From the NCBI GenBank assembly GCA_014816185.1, contig GCA_014816185.1_4095.1: a DNA stretch of 64,000 bases; one strand, given 5' to 3'. The DNA is from a phage. The position numbers and the translations under genes were made by a program. Position 1 is the stretch's first letter, and every line of letters begins with the position of its first letter. Below the pieces are notes generated by a model. That model did no database searches. It was not told the DNA's origin and worked only from the letters and a program-made list of their open reading frames with translations. Positions 28,205-37,490 of the stretch are shown here, piece by piece.

Positions 28205-28471
28205 ATGAATATTAAGTATTTTGCGACGCGTGAACAAGCTCGGATCGCCGCACGCCAGGACGGGGCAACGTTTAAAGATATGGGCGTACAATCGGAACGT
28301 GGTAAACGTTGGGCCATTGTAAAGCGTAGTACCGCCAGATCATTACAGTACTGGTTAGCGGCCTTAAAAAGACCCGATAGTGTATCGCGACGAGTGGTAG
28401 AAATAAAGCTCGACCGAAAGGGCAACCGCGTGACCGTGTACCGTACTAAAAAGATTGCAGTACTTGAATAA
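28205..28471 (+). CDS. hypothetical protein (paralog of 41730..42125)
   Basis: start MNIKYFATRE; shares ATRE.ARI.AR..GA.FKDMG and DRKGNRVTVY. Confidence 0.55.
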   Translation: MNIKYFATREQARIAARQDGATFKDMGVQSERGKRWAIVKRSTARSLQYWLAALKRPDSVSRRVVEIKLDRKGNRVTVYRTKKIAVLE

Positions 28472-28478
28472 AAAGTAC

Positions 28479-28537
28479 TTGCAAACTATGTTTAATGGCG
28501 TATAATGTTTTACATCGAGAGCGGGAACACTTCCCGC
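28479..28537 (+). promoter_or_regulatory. PeSL-like cassette
   Basis: TTGCAA 28479-28484, TATAAT 28501-28506, stem GCGGGAA-cac-TTCCCGC. Confidence 0.55.
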
Positions 28538-28558
28538 CTATAACCTGGAGTAATAAAA

Positions 28559-28789
28559 ATGACTAATATGTATATGACTGAAGTTAAAACCGTAAAAGAT
28601 ACTACCACTAATAAAACTACTTACTTACAGCGGATCTGTGGTGTATGGCAACGTATCAGCAAATCAAAGTACTTTAAATTAACATCATATGCCAATCGTT
28701 CGGATTCATTCAGTACTGAAATAAAAGGTAATAAAGTACACCAATACGGCACTTATTATTATTATAGCCTGGACGCGATTGCAGTATAA
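28559..28789 (+). CDS. hypothetical protein
   Basis: 76-aa ORF. Confidence 0.45.
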   Translation: MTNMYMTEVKTVKDTTTNKTTYLQRICGVWQRISKSKYFKLTSYANRSDSFSTEIKGNKVHQYGTYYYYSLDAIAV

Positions 28790-29065
28790 GCAGTTTACAA
28801 ATCTTTACAATTGCCGGTATTGACTTATTTTGTCAGTACTGGCATAATGTATTCATTGGCAGATAAGCCGTAGCCCATAGGGTGCGGGAGTGTATCTATA
28901 GAAAAAGTAGTTTATTACAGTTACAATTGTGCACCCGGTGGGTTAGCTGTTGTCATGGGGTATATTATGCCAGTACTGGATAGTGCTGTCAATACCTTTT
29001 TACTATTCAGTACTGAAAACTATTTGATAAAAAGTACTTGCAAACTATGTTTAAAGGCGTATAAT

Positions 29066-29155
29066 GTTTTACATCAGGACGGGGAACGAAATAAGTAACT
29101 TCCCGTTAAGTAGCCCAGGAGTAAGGCACACGAAAAACTCCCCTGATAAAATAGT
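29066..29155 (+). ncRNA. candidate small structured RNA / long structured leader (copy 1)
   Basis: transcribed from promoter TTGCAA 29038-29043 / TATAAT 29060-29065; no ORF; ~85% identical to 40538-40614; followed by second promoter TTGACA 29156-29161 / TATAAT 29178-29183. Confidence 0.35.
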
Positions 29156-29215
29156 TTGACAAATGTTTTTAAAAGCGTATAATACTTACATCAACTACTG
29201 AATGAGGGTTACAAA

Positions 29216-29827
29216 ATGAAAACTATCACTACTACTACTTTCGTTATGGATTTTTCTGAATTGAACGCAGAACAACAAACGTCAGCTATCGAACTGGTTC
29301 GGGAACGTGAAAAAAACTTAAACGATGATTATTTTTCTGAAAGTGAAATTGAATACTATAAAGAAACAGTACTACCGGAATATGGCATTAATGACGCTGA
29401 TTTACGATTCAGTGGCTTTTGGTCCCAGGGTGACGGTGCATCAATCAGTACTGACCACGTTGACGCAGTGAAGTTTTTACGCAAGGTAAGAGCATTAACT
29501 AAGTATCGCTCAATCCGTCACCTGCTGAATGAAGATGATTTGGCGATGAGTGTAAAGCGTTCGCACTCCCACTACTCGCATGAGAACACTGTAAGCGGGT
29601 ACATTGAATCGGCTTACACTGATTTAACAGCAAAACAAGAAACGTTAGTTAATGAGCTTGAGGAACTACTCACTGACACTATTCGTGAATTGTCCCGCAA
29701 GTTGTACCGTGATTTAGAGAATGCATATGAGGATCAATTCACTACTGAAAACATTACGGCACTGATTGAGGGTAACGAATATCAATTCAATGTTATTGAT
29801 GGCGTAGTAGAATCAATCGAATATTAA
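29216..29827 (+). CDS. hypothetical protein
   Basis: 203-aa acidic protein; motif FSGFWSQGDGASIS. Confidence 0.55.
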   Translation: MKTITTTTFVMDFSELNAEQQTSAIELVREREKNLNDDYFSESEIEYYKETVLPEYGINDADLRFSGFWSQGDGASISTDHVDAVKFLRKVRALTKYRSIRHLLNEDDLAMSVKRSHSHYSHENTVSGYIESAYTDLTAKQETLVNELEELLTDTIRELSRKLYRDLENAYEDQFTTENITALIEGNEYQFNVIDGVVESIEY

Positions 29828-29839
29828 TTTAAAAAGTAC

Positions 29840-29899
29840 TTGCAAACTAAGTTTAAAAGCGTATAATACTTTATATCGAGGCGGGGAGTGGTTCCCCGC
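29840..29899 (+). promoter_or_regulatory. PeSL-like cassette
   Basis: TTGCAA 29840-29845, TATAAT 29862-29867, stem GCGGGGA-gtggt-TCCCCGC. Confidence 0.55.
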
Positions 29900-29917
29900 T
29901 CAAACGAGGATTTAAAA

Positions 29918-30157
29918 ATGGCTAGTACTAAAACTTACAACGGTCACAAAAACAAAACTCATTGGAATGTTTCCTTATGGATTAATAACGGTGAGTCATT
30001 GTATCGGCTTGCACAAAGTTGTATCGCACAAAGTAGAACTAAAGATATTGCAGCGGAATGTATGTACCGCAGATTAAAAGCCAACGGTACTACTACAACG
30101 CCGGACGGCTTTAAGTATAGCACTACTGCGATCCGTGCTGCAATGGTTGGAATGTAA
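29918..30157 (+). CDS. hypothetical protein (paralog of 27880..28119)
   Basis: start MASTKTYNGHKNKTHWNVSLWINN. Confidence 0.55.
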   Translation: MASTKTYNGHKNKTHWNVSLWINNGESLYRLAQSCIAQSRTKDIAAECMYRRLKANGTTTTPDGFKYSTTAIRAAMVGM

Positions 30158-30214
30158 TATTCAGTACTGAGATAATGGCGGGTAATAGTTCCCGCCTTTA
30201 CTGAGGGTTATCTA

Positions 30215-30502
30215 ATGAGTAAAGTAATAAAGTACAATGTGTTAAGCAAATCATTGTCTATCAGTGAATGCACCGATGGTTTTTGGCTATTTGATGAAAC
30301 GCGTGGAATGAATTTAGCTATGCGTGAGAAAACGGCTGAGGCCGCATATGTTGAGGCACTGGAATACTACCAGGAACGTTTAAAGGAAGTAGAAGAAGAT
30401 TATAAAAGCCTCAAAGCGAAAGTAGATCATTTCGTCGGTCAATTAGTGGAAGACAACGACGAGGACGGGCACTACTGCGACCGTTGCGGATCTTACAGTT
30501 AA
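30215..30502 (+). CDS. hypothetical protein
   Basis: 95 aa; C-terminal HYCDRCGSYS. Confidence 0.45.
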   Translation: MSKVIKYNVLSKSLSISECTDGFWLFDETRGMNLAMREKTAEAAYVEALEYYQERLKEVEEDYKSLKAKVDHFVGQLVEDNDEDGHYCDRCGSYS

Positions 30503-30519
30503 GTACTAAGGATTATATA

Positions 30520-30732
30520 ATGAGTGATTTAATTGAACGTATCAAAGAGCTTGAAGAAAAAGAATTGCAGTTGATCGGGTTACGGAATAAAGTATTCCAT
30601 GATTTAGGTGGCTTTATTAATGCCTGGGATAGTGGCGATCCTGATGCGTTACCTGCTAACCGCCAGGCGATGATCAATGATGTGCGTGGTGTCTTTGAGT
30701 ATGTTTTAAAAGTACTAGACACTAAGCAATAA
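30520..30732 (+). CDS. hypothetical protein
   Basis: start MSDLIERIKELEE at 30520. Confidence 0.45.
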   Translation: MSDLIERIKELEEKELQLIGLRNKVFHDLGGFINAWDSGDPDALPANRQAMINDVRGVFEYVLKVLDTKQ

Positions 30733-30793
30733 AGGCGTATAATACTTTATATTGGTACTGACAAACATTATAAGCGATTCAGGAGCTTTAATC

Positions 30794-30979
30794 ATGACAA
30801 CATTATCTGAGGTTATCCGCGAGCAAGCTGCAAAGGCTGGAATGACTGTTATCAATGTAGGGATCAAGATTGAGATCTCCCCTAACGAGTTGCAAGGGAT
30901 TCCCGATCCTACTAGCTGGGATCGTGCTGGGCGAATGATGCGTAATGCTTCATTACTGGACGGTACAAAATTTAATTAA
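30794..30979 (+). CDS. hypothetical protein
   Basis: start MTTLSEVIRE at 30794 after AGGAG. Confidence 0.45.
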   Translation: MTTLSEVIREQAAKAGMTVINVGIKIEISPNELQGIPDPTSWDRAGRMMRNASLLDGTKFN

Positions 30980-31063
30980 AAGTACTTGCAATTAGTTTTC
31001 AGTACTGTATAATGGTTTACATCAAAGGGAGAAATGGTTCTCCCTGGTAATGAGGAAAATACA

Positions 31064-31285
31064 ATGGCTAATATCACTACTCTTTCCCAACTGGAAGCAC
31101 TGGTTAAATCTATGCGGGAACATGCCGACAAAATCGGCGTACAAGATCCAGCCGTTTGCTTCTGCGACGAATTGAATGATGATACACTGGTAATAGCAGA
31201 AGTCCAGGACGTTTCTAACTATTCCTCGCGTTACACTGGCGGCGTAGCAAATAAAGGCGACTTCTGTTTATACCTTACAAAATAA
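31064..31285 (+). CDS. hypothetical protein
   Basis: start MANITTLSQ at 31064. Confidence 0.45.
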   Translation: MANITTLSQLEALVKSMREHADKIGVQDPAVCFCDELNDDTLVIAEVQDVSNYSSRYTGGVANKGDFCLYLTK

Positions 31286-31453
31286 CAACGCGGGGAGATA
31301 ATAACTCCCCGTTACTTTTTCAGTACTGAATCATTTAATAGACGGATATATGCACCCGGTGGGTTAGTGACTGTTTCGTCTTGATGTAGTAATTATGCCA
31401 GTACTGGATGCAGTTGTCAACAATTATTTTTCAAATACTTTTTATTAAAATAC

Positions 31454-31507
31454 TTGCAATTAGTTTTTAAACGCGTATAATGTTTTGCATAGGGGAGCGG
31501 TTCCCCT
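31454..31507 (+). promoter_or_regulatory. PeSL-like cassette
   Basis: TTGCAA 31454-31459, TATAAT 31476-31481, stem AGGGGA-gcggt-TCCCCT. Confidence 0.55.
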
Positions 31508-31527
31508 GGTAACTAAGGAATAAGAAA

Positions 31528-31764
31528 ATGCTCGAACAAATCAAATCAACGTCTGCGAATGTAACGGGAACGGTATCACACTTTACTAGTGATGAATCGC
31601 GTGGTGTTCCTTATTGTGCTGTACATGTAAACACTGAGGGTAACTACTGGTTTACGGTTTACGGATCATATTCATTTGGTCGGCCTGGACATCAAAAAAT
31701 CCTGGATAAAGTACAGCCAACGGGTAAAAATATCACTGCTGAAATGTTTTATAAAAAATCATAA
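31528..31764 (+). CDS. hypothetical protein
   Basis: 78-aa ORF. Confidence 0.45.
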   Translation: MLEQIKSTSANVTGTVSHFTSDESRGVPYCAVHVNTEGNYWFTVYGSYSFGRPGHQKILDKVQPTGKNITAEMFYKKS

Positions 31765-31847
31765 AGTACTTGATAATAGTTTTTAGTACTGTATAATATT
31801 TTACATCGCAAGGGGGAGCGGTTCCCCTGGTAACTAAGGATAATCAA

Positions 31848-32147
31848 ATGAAAATTGCAATCATCGCCCTGGCTTTATCTGTTTCCTCTTTCGCTGTTAA
31901 TGCGTCGTTAGATGTAAGTAGTGAAAAATTCATTCAGTGCACTGTAGCGATGACCAATGAAAGTACTGGCGAGATTGTTTTAAAGGATTTAGAGATCCAG
32001 CCAGAAGCATTTAAAAACGGGCCGTTCCATGAAGAAGACGAAAAAGGTAGCACGACAATTTATTACGATGCAAGTACTAAACGCGGTTCGGTTACTGTTA
32101 TGGATACTGAGAAAGTAACGCATTCCGGCGTTATTAATTGCCGTTGA
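31848..32147 (+). CDS. secreted/periplasmic small protein (signal peptide)
   Basis: N-terminus MKIAIIALALSVSSFAVNA then SLD, a typical Sec signal. Confidence 0.5.
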   Translation: MKIAIIALALSVSSFAVNASLDVSSEKFIQCTVAMTNESTGEIVLKDLEIQPEAFKNGPFHEEDEKGSTTIYYDASTKRGSVTVMDTEKVTHSGVINCR

Positions 32148-32168
32148 TAGATACTACGGGGTAACATC

Positions 32169-32399
32169 ATGACAGCACGAATAGTTTTACTTAACGAAAG
32201 CAGTACTACACAACTCCTTAACGCCGTGCATTATGATATTGAAACGAGCGTTAATCTTATCAGTACTGTCGTACTGTTGGACACTGGAAAGGTCGCCAAT
32301 GATAAAGCGATTGCAGGTATACTAACGGATCTTGAGCCTGGTAGCAGTGCATCAATAACGTTAAATGGTAAAGTGTTTAACATTTTACTTACTGATTAA
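32169..32399 (+). CDS. hypothetical protein
   Basis: 76-aa ORF. Confidence 0.45.
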   Translation: MTARIVLLNESSTTQLLNAVHYDIETSVNLISTVVLLDTGKVANDKAIAGILTDLEPGSSASITLNGKVFNILLTD

Positions 32400-32405
32400 G
32401 TACAT

Positions 32406-32431
32406 AGCCCACCTGGTGGGCTTTTTTGTTT
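32406..32431 (+). terminator. intrinsic terminator
   Basis: GCCCA-cctgg-TGGGC followed by TTTTTTGTTTTT. Confidence 0.6.
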
Positions 32432-32632
32432 TTATAGTATCGTAGTACTGAGATACTTTGAAAATAGTTTTAAGAAAGTAGTTGACATTACCACAGAAAA
32501 GCGTAGAATGTATTACATCAAGACGGGGAGCACTAAGTAGACCGCCAGTAAGTCGAACGAAAAACTGGACACGTCGAGAAAACTTTGATACACTAATAAA
32601 CGTAAACTAAACTTTAATTGAGGATTTATAAA

Positions 32633-33115
32633 ATGGCTAATGTAAAATCATTCATCAAAGCACTGGTAGCAAATGAAACTAACGTCGCGGCTGAGATCCT
32701 GGCTGAACTGGATAACGATACCATGAAAGCGGTACGCAATAATTTTAACATCGCGTACAGTACTGCGAAAGAACTACAAGCAAATAAAGCGGCAGAAATT
32801 GAAGCGGCAAAGGCGGCCCGTGAAGCAGAACTACAAGCAACAATCGAAAGTATTCAGGCGGCAGTAGTTGGATTGGATCTGGAAGTAGTTACAGAGATGG
32901 CACAAAAAGCCCTGGCGGTTAAGTATGGGGAAGACAAGCCAGAAGTAAAAGCCAAAAAATGGATTCAGGAACGCGTAGCGGTAGTACTGGACAACGGGGA
33001 AGAATATCTGATTCCGGTGCGTGGTAACTGCATTGCGGTAGTACTGGATGCGATTAACTCCAGTGGTATGACTCGCGAGGAATGGATCGAAGCTCATCGC
33101 AAAGTTGAAGCATAA
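32633..33115 (+). CDS. hypothetical protein
   Basis: start MANVKSFIKA at 32633; Ala/Glu-rich helical middle. Confidence 0.5.
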   Translation: MANVKSFIKALVANETNVAAEILAELDNDTMKAVRNNFNIAYSTAKELQANKAAEIEAAKAAREAELQATIESIQAAVVGLDLEVVTEMAQKALAVKYGEDKPEVKAKKWIQERVAVVLDNGEEYLIPVRGNCIAVVLDAINSSGMTREEWIEAHRKVEA

Positions 33116-33136
33116 CAATTAAAGTACTGAATCACT

Positions 33137-33165
33137 AGCCCACTGTATAAGTGGGCTTTTTTGTG
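33137..33165 (+). terminator. intrinsic terminator
   Basis: AGCCCAC-tgtataa-GTGGGCT followed by TTTTTTGTG. Confidence 0.6.
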
Positions 33166-33389
33166 TTTATCGTTTACCAGGCCACCAGCACCGCCTAGAA
33201 TCGATTCTAACGCATTAAACTGATTATCTGATGCATTGCCCTAGCTGGTGGCGTTAAGGTCGTTAGAATGCGATTGAGAGCGTTTAAAGTATTTTGCAAA
33301 AAGTAATAAAAAGTACTTGCACGATTAAGAGATTAGCGTATAATTAATTACATCAAGGCGAGACACCTTAACTAACTGAGGATATAAAG

Positions 33390-33542
33390 ATGAATACTTA
33401 TGAACTGGATTGTTTTACTTTACAAGTAATGTCAGTATGCAGTAAGAAAGATTGGTCATCAAAGGAATTTAAAGCAGTTATCGCGTGTGCAAAACACGGC
33501 AAGACTATCAATGAAACGGCATCAATCATTGATAAACTTTAA
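33390..33542 (+). CDS. small protein (50 aa)
   Basis: MNTYELDCF..; below track threshold; preceded by promoter-like TTGCAC..TATAAT. Confidence 0.35.
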   Translation: MNTYELDCFTLQVMSVCSKKDWSSKEFKAVIACAKHGKTINETASIIDKL

Positions 33543-33550
33543 AAAATAGT

Positions 33551-33579
33551 TTGACAATAGTTTTAAGTACTGGCATAAT
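33551..33579 (+). promoter_or_regulatory. early-type promoter TTGACA-17-CATAAT
   Basis: TTGACA 33551-33556, CATAAT 33574-33579. Confidence 0.45.
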
Positions 33580-33611
33580 ACATACATCAACTACTGAATA
33601 GGAATTAAAAA

Positions 33612-33839
33612 ATGGCTATTATCATTACTCGCGTATCTGGTACTACTGGCAACGAACAAGTAGTTGCAGTCATTACCAACAAGGAAGGTGCGGAATTGCA
33701 AAATGCAATGAATACCTGGGCCGTTAATGAGTTCGGTCAGTGGGCAAGTGTAGCATACATTGAAACCTATCAAGTGCCGTCGATTAGTTTAACTGATTTG
33801 GGCGTTGAGCGTATCCTTTGCCTTGATGAATTAAATTAA
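33612..33839 (+). CDS. hypothetical protein
   Basis: 75 aa MAIIITRVSG. Confidence 0.5.
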   Translation: MAIIITRVSGTTGNEQVVAVITNKEGAELQNAMNTWAVNEFGQWASVAYIETYQVPSISLTDLGVERILCLDELN

Positions 33840-33924
33840 AAAAGTACTTGCAAAGTAAATCGAATAAAGTATAATACATTACATCAAGGGGAGAAATGGT
33901 TCTCCCCACTACAAGGAAACTAAA

Positions 33925-34068
33925 ATGAAAACTTGTCAATGTGGTCAGAAATCTATTACGGGTTTAAAGCGGGGCGTTGCACTTTGCCAGTACCATTATA
34001 ATTTACAAGTATGGGGTAAAGAATGGGCCGACCAGGTGGAAGCAGCAAAGAAAGAAAAAAGTAAGTAA
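33925..34068 (+). CDS. small Cys-containing protein (47 aa)
   Basis: MKTCQCGQKS..ALCQYHY; read from sequence. Confidence 0.35.
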   Translation: MKTCQCGQKSITGLKRGVALCQYHYNLQVWGKEWADQVEAAKKEKSK

Positions 34069-34087
34069 AAATATTATCACAGTACTA

Positions 34088-34116
34088 TTGACATAGTTTG
34101 ATAGTACTGGCATAAT
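34088..34116 (+). promoter_or_regulatory. early-type promoter TTGACA-17-CATAAT (copy 1 of 70-bp direct repeat)
   Basis: 34065-34135 nearly identical to 34359-34429, including the 3' codons of the preceding gene. Confidence 0.45.
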
Positions 34117-34149
34117 AGATTTTATCAAGACAACTAAGGGGAAACAATA

Positions 34150-34362
34150 ATGGCTATCATTACTAAAATCAAAGTTAACAAGACTATCGTTAAACTGGCA
34201 GAAGTGAAAGAAGGTTATAAAGTATCTTGGTGCGGTATGTATCGGACGTTCGCAGATATAGATGATGCAATCAATTACTACACTGACACGGTTAAAAACT
34301 TTGTTCGTGCTGATGTGGTTATGGCAGTGGCAACATATAAAGCAGCGAAAGAAAGTAAGTAA
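34150..34362 (+). CDS. hypothetical protein
   Basis: 70 aa MAIITKIKVNK. Confidence 0.5.
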   Translation: MAIITKIKVNKTIVKLAEVKEGYKVSWCGMYRTFADIDDAINYYTDTVKNFVRADVVMAVATYKAAKESK

Positions 34363-34381
34363 AAATATTATCACAGTACTA

Positions 34382-34410
34382 TTGACATAGTTTGATAGTA
34401 CTGGCATAAT
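34382..34410 (+). promoter_or_regulatory. early-type promoter TTGACA-17-CATAAT (copy 2 of direct repeat)
   Basis: TTGACA 34382-34387, CATAAT 34405-34410. Confidence 0.45.
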
Positions 34411-34453
34411 AGATTTTATCAAGACGACACATATTAATTTAAGGAATACTAAA

Positions 34454-34777
34454 ATGGCTAAAACTATCATCAACACCGTTTCCCTGGCTGCAATCCGTGC
34501 AATCAATGTTGACGGTAAACGTTGGTCTGATTCATATGGCAATACTTATCATTCTTGTCATGTAAGCGTTGAACTGGATAACGGTTTGAATGATCTGGCG
34601 GTTGAATCATTTACTTATGGCTATGAAGATGCATATCAACAAACGGCGTTTGATCTCTTAAAGGAATCAGTAGACGGGCTTGATACTATTGAAACCTCCC
34701 TTACTCGTTTATGTAATGATTTGTCTATCCCGTTGCATTGTACTGTACAGGATGTAAAACGTAAAAAAGATCTTTAA
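34454..34777 (+). CDS. hypothetical protein (paralog of 41311..41634)
   Basis: shares RW.DS.GNTYHSC.VS, FTYGY and C-term VKRKKD. Confidence 0.55.
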   Translation: MAKTIINTVSLAAIRAINVDGKRWSDSYGNTYHSCHVSVELDNGLNDLAVESFTYGYEDAYQQTAFDLLKESVDGLDTIETSLTRLCNDLSIPLHCTVQDVKRKKDL

Positions 34778-34857
34778 TTAGCTTTACTTTATGCAGATAC
34801 TTTGGTACAGTGTCTGCATAGGGGAAAGAAATTAAATTAACTTAAGAGGATCGTATA

Positions 34858-35127
34858 ATGAAAAATATCAGTACTTTAATCGACGCAGGTACACATGTTC
34901 GGCGGTCTATGGTTGCAACCAGTACTACAAAACAAGTAGCGAGCGGTTATCTTGTATTTGTGCACGATGGTAAACTCCTGGAACGTTCAATCAATTTTGA
35001 TGTTAAAAACAATTGCCGTTTTATTATCTTTAAGCGTGAACAATATAAAATCGATTTGCCAGCAAAGCCCATTAGCGGGGCGTACAACGTGCAATCATTG
35101 TTTGAGCGTCAACCTTACACCTATTAA
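34858..35127 (+). CDS. hypothetical protein
   Basis: 89-aa ORF. Confidence 0.45.
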   Translation: MKNISTLIDAGTHVRRSMVATSTTKQVASGYLVFVHDGKLLERSINFDVKNNCRFIIFKREQYKIDLPAKPISGAYNVQSLFERQPYTY

Positions 35128-35178
35128 TCAAAACATCGTTAGCGGTCGTTTTAGGCCGCTTATATTGGGGATTATACC

Positions 35179-35451
35179 ATGAACGTTAATCAAGTACTGA
35201 ATGAGATCGAAAGCATCATTAAACCGATGAAGCGTACTGATGCTATGTTAACACCGGAAGAATGCCGCCTTTATGAGCGTTACAGCGTCGAACAAGTCCA
35301 GGCAATGGCTATGGCTACCCCAGCCGTTAAACCGCCTGAGAATGCGTTACAGGACGTTACAGGGGATTATATCATCAATCCAGTACTAGGGAAGATGGCG
35401 GCAATCACCGAAGATCAACAAGACTACTTAAGCCAGTACTTAAAAGGTTAA
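35179..35451 (+). CDS. hypothetical protein
   Basis: 90-aa ORF. Confidence 0.45.
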   Translation: MNVNQVLNEIESIIKPMKRTDAMLTPEECRLYERYSVEQVQAMAMATPAVKPPENALQDVTGDYIINPVLGKMAAITEDQQDYLSQYLKG

Positions 35452-35456
35452 TTAAT

Positions 35457-35666
35457 ATGCTTACTGTACAGGATAAGATCGACATCTTAAAGGTTAATAT
35501 GTATGTGATTGATGCAGTACCTGGGAAAGTATTTGCATACGATGACACCACTGTAAGCGATTTCTACTATAGCCAGGACGTGGGGGATCTTTCTGTACAG
35601 TCGGTTATTGAAAACGTAGTTAATGCAGCGTATGAGCATTTACTTTCAAATAGTACTTGCAATTAG
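35457..35666 (+). CDS. hypothetical protein
   Basis: 69-aa ORF. Confidence 0.45.
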   Translation: MLTVQDKIDILKVNMYVIDAVPGKVFAYDDTTVSDFYYSQDVGDLSVQSVIENVVNAAYEHLLSNSTCN

Positions 35667-35735
35667 TTTTTAAACGCGTATAATGTTTTACATGAAGGGG
35701 AAAAATGATTCTCCCCACTAATTAAGGAATATGAA

Positions 35736-35882
35736 ATGAAAGCATCAAAAAAGAGTACTAACAAGAAAGCACGTTCAACCTTAGATGGGGTATTCCCTTT
35801 ACGTTTCGTTGATGAAGTGGTTTCCTACCCGCCTGGCCTTACTCCTGAGATGGTAGAAAGTTTGCGTAAATCTAAAAAATAG
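35736..35882 (+). CDS. small basic protein (48 aa)
   Basis: MKASKKSTNKKAR.. after PeSL stem-loop and AAGGA. Confidence 0.35.
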   Translation: MKASKKSTNKKARSTLDGVFPLRFVDEVVSYPPGLTPEMVESLRKSKK

Positions 35883-35963
35883 TACTTGCAATTAGTTTTT
35901 AGTACTGTATAATAGTTTACATGAAGGGGAGAAATGTTTCTCCCCAATAACAGGAGAAACAAA

Positions 35964-36116
35964 ATGAAACAATACAACGCTCGGTTTGATGTTACTATCG
36001 GTAACGGCAAAGGTCAATTCTCTTTCAGTACTCGCCGCAGTTATACAGAAAACTTCCTGCGTAATTGTGCACTGACCGCCGCACAAATTAAACATTACTT
36101 TCAGGCTAAAAAATGA
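35964..36116 (+). CDS. small protein (50 aa)
   Basis: start MKQYNARFDV at 35964 after PeSL and AGGAGA. Confidence 0.4.
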   Translation: MKQYNARFDVTIGNGKGQFSFSTRRSYTENFLRNCALTAAQIKHYFQAKK

Positions 36117-36202
36117 GATCATTAGCTTATTACAGTTCGGCCCTGGTCGGTGCATTGATCGCGGCGTTGTTAGTAACCTATCTATTCTTTATGGTGATTT
36201 AA
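36113..36202 (+). CDS. putative 29-aa hydrophobic peptide
   Basis: MRSLAYYSSALVGALIAALLVTYLFFMVI; ATGA overlap with upstream gene. Confidence 0.25.
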   Translation: MRSLAYYSSALVGALIAALLVTYLFFMVI

Positions 36203-36346
36203 ATGAATCCAACAGGTTTAAACTATAAAAGTTGTTCGGCGTTTACGAAAGCAAATAAAGCGAATGCACGTAAAGCGAAAGTACAGGAATACATCAAGCA
36301 AGGCATGACGCGAAAGGCGGCGATTCTAAAAGCTAAAAATAAATGA
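36203..36346 (+). CDS. putative small basic protein (47 aa)
   Basis: MNPTGLNYKS..; TAAATG junction. Confidence 0.25.
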   Translation: MNPTGLNYKSCSAFTKANKANARKAKVQEYIKQGMTRKAAILKAKNK

Positions 36347-36351
36347 AAAAA

Positions 36352-36445
36352 GTGGTTGACTCCGGTCAGCCATTTTGCTATTATATATTCATTGAGAGAT
36401 AGCTCACTAGCCCACAGGGTGCAGGAGTGTATCTATTGTATAATG
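36352..36445 (+). promoter_or_regulatory. composite element: UUCG-type hairpin/promoter + conserved CCCACAGGGTGCA segment
   Basis: related copies at 40379, 43645, 46399. Confidence 0.5.
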
Positions 36446-36488
36446 TTTGAGTACTGAAAACTATTTTAAAGTATTTGATAAAAAGTAC

Positions 36489-36548
36489 TTGCAAACTATC
36501 TCAATAGGCGTATAATGTTTTACATCGAAAGGGGAAACGGTTTCCCCT
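36489..36548 (+). promoter_or_regulatory. PeSL-like cassette
   Basis: TTGCAA 36489-36494, TATAAT 36511-36516, stem AGGGGAAA-cgg-TTTCCCCT. Confidence 0.55.
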
Positions 36549-36567
36549 GGTAATAAGGAAACAAATC

Positions 36568-36909
36568 ATGACTATTGCAATTGCTCAATCTAACTTTGAA
36601 AATGAAATCATCGCTCAGACACTGCGTTTAAGTGATGGTCGGGCCGAAATTAATTACGGTTTCAATTCAGGCGGTTGTGAAAAATATCAGTACTTTGTAA
36701 CGGCTGATGGCGGTGTCCTGGGTATCAATACAGTTATTGTAAACATCCAGAAAATTAATTTCAATGATCCAGACGATAGCCAGTTTTACATCACTGGCGT
36801 AGACGTGAACTATGAGGATGACTCACTAACTGATGACCACACTGGCGAGAAGTTAGAAAGTGCATACGGTGAAGATGATTATCAGTCCGGTCCAGAAGAT
36901 TTCGAATAA
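36568..36909 (+). CDS. hypothetical acidic protein
   Basis: 113-aa ORF. Confidence 0.5.
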   Translation: MTIAIAQSNFENEIIAQTLRLSDGRAEINYGFNSGGCEKYQYFVTADGGVLGINTVIVNIQKINFNDPDDSQFYITGVDVNYEDDSLTDDHTGEKLESAYGEDDYQSGPEDFE

Positions 36910-37004
36910 TATAAAAAAAATAGTTTGACAATAGATTATAGTACTGTATAATAGTTTACATCAAGGGGAGAAAAACTTCTCCCCACTAACAGAGAGAAAA
37001 CAAA

Positions 37005-37217
37005 ATGGCTAATATCCGGTCGAAATTAAAAAATGCAAAACAAGTTTTATTTTCAGATCATGAATACTTTAATAAAGATATTACAGGAGTTACAAGTATC
37101 AAGGAAGTAAAAGAAAAAACCGGCGTTTTGTGTGATGTGCGATTAGTTGGAACATTTGGGAATAACGTGCTATATCGCTGTGGTGATTACAATTTTACAC
37201 TGACTATCATTAACTAA
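37005..37217 (+). CDS. hypothetical protein
   Basis: 70-aa ORF. Confidence 0.45.
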   Translation: MANIRSKLKNAKQVLFSDHEYFNKDITGVTSIKEVKEKTGVLCDVRLVGTFGNNVLYRCGDYNFTLTIIN

Positions 37218-37310
37218 AAATATTATCACAGTACTATCAAAGCTATTGACAATGATTGATAGTACTGGCATAATAAGTTTTATCAACTACACTACTAAGG
37301 AATTAAAAAA

Positions 37311-37490
37311 ATGGCTATCATCGCAAAAACTGAAATCGTTGGTCTGGATTCTATCATCATGACGTTTGAAGATCAAAAAGGTATGTATGTAGTTTCCTAT
37401 GGTGATTATGTTCGGGAGTATGAAACGGTAGACGAAGCCTTTGAAAGTTACATTCGCCAGGTGAATAAAGCATACGACGATTACCGCTAA
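37311..37490 (+). CDS. small protein (59 aa), MAII-type
   Basis: MAIIAKTEIVG..; N-terminus like 33612 and 34150. Confidence 0.4.
   Translation: MAIIAKTEIVGLDSIIMTFEDQKGMYVVSYGDYVREYETVDEAFESYIRQVNKAYDDYR

Noticed and set aside
34003-34542. 179-aa minus-strand ORF
   Set aside because: It spans two plus-strand genes and a duplicated promoter cassette; its length comes from the direct repeat, and its product is repetitive low-complexity.
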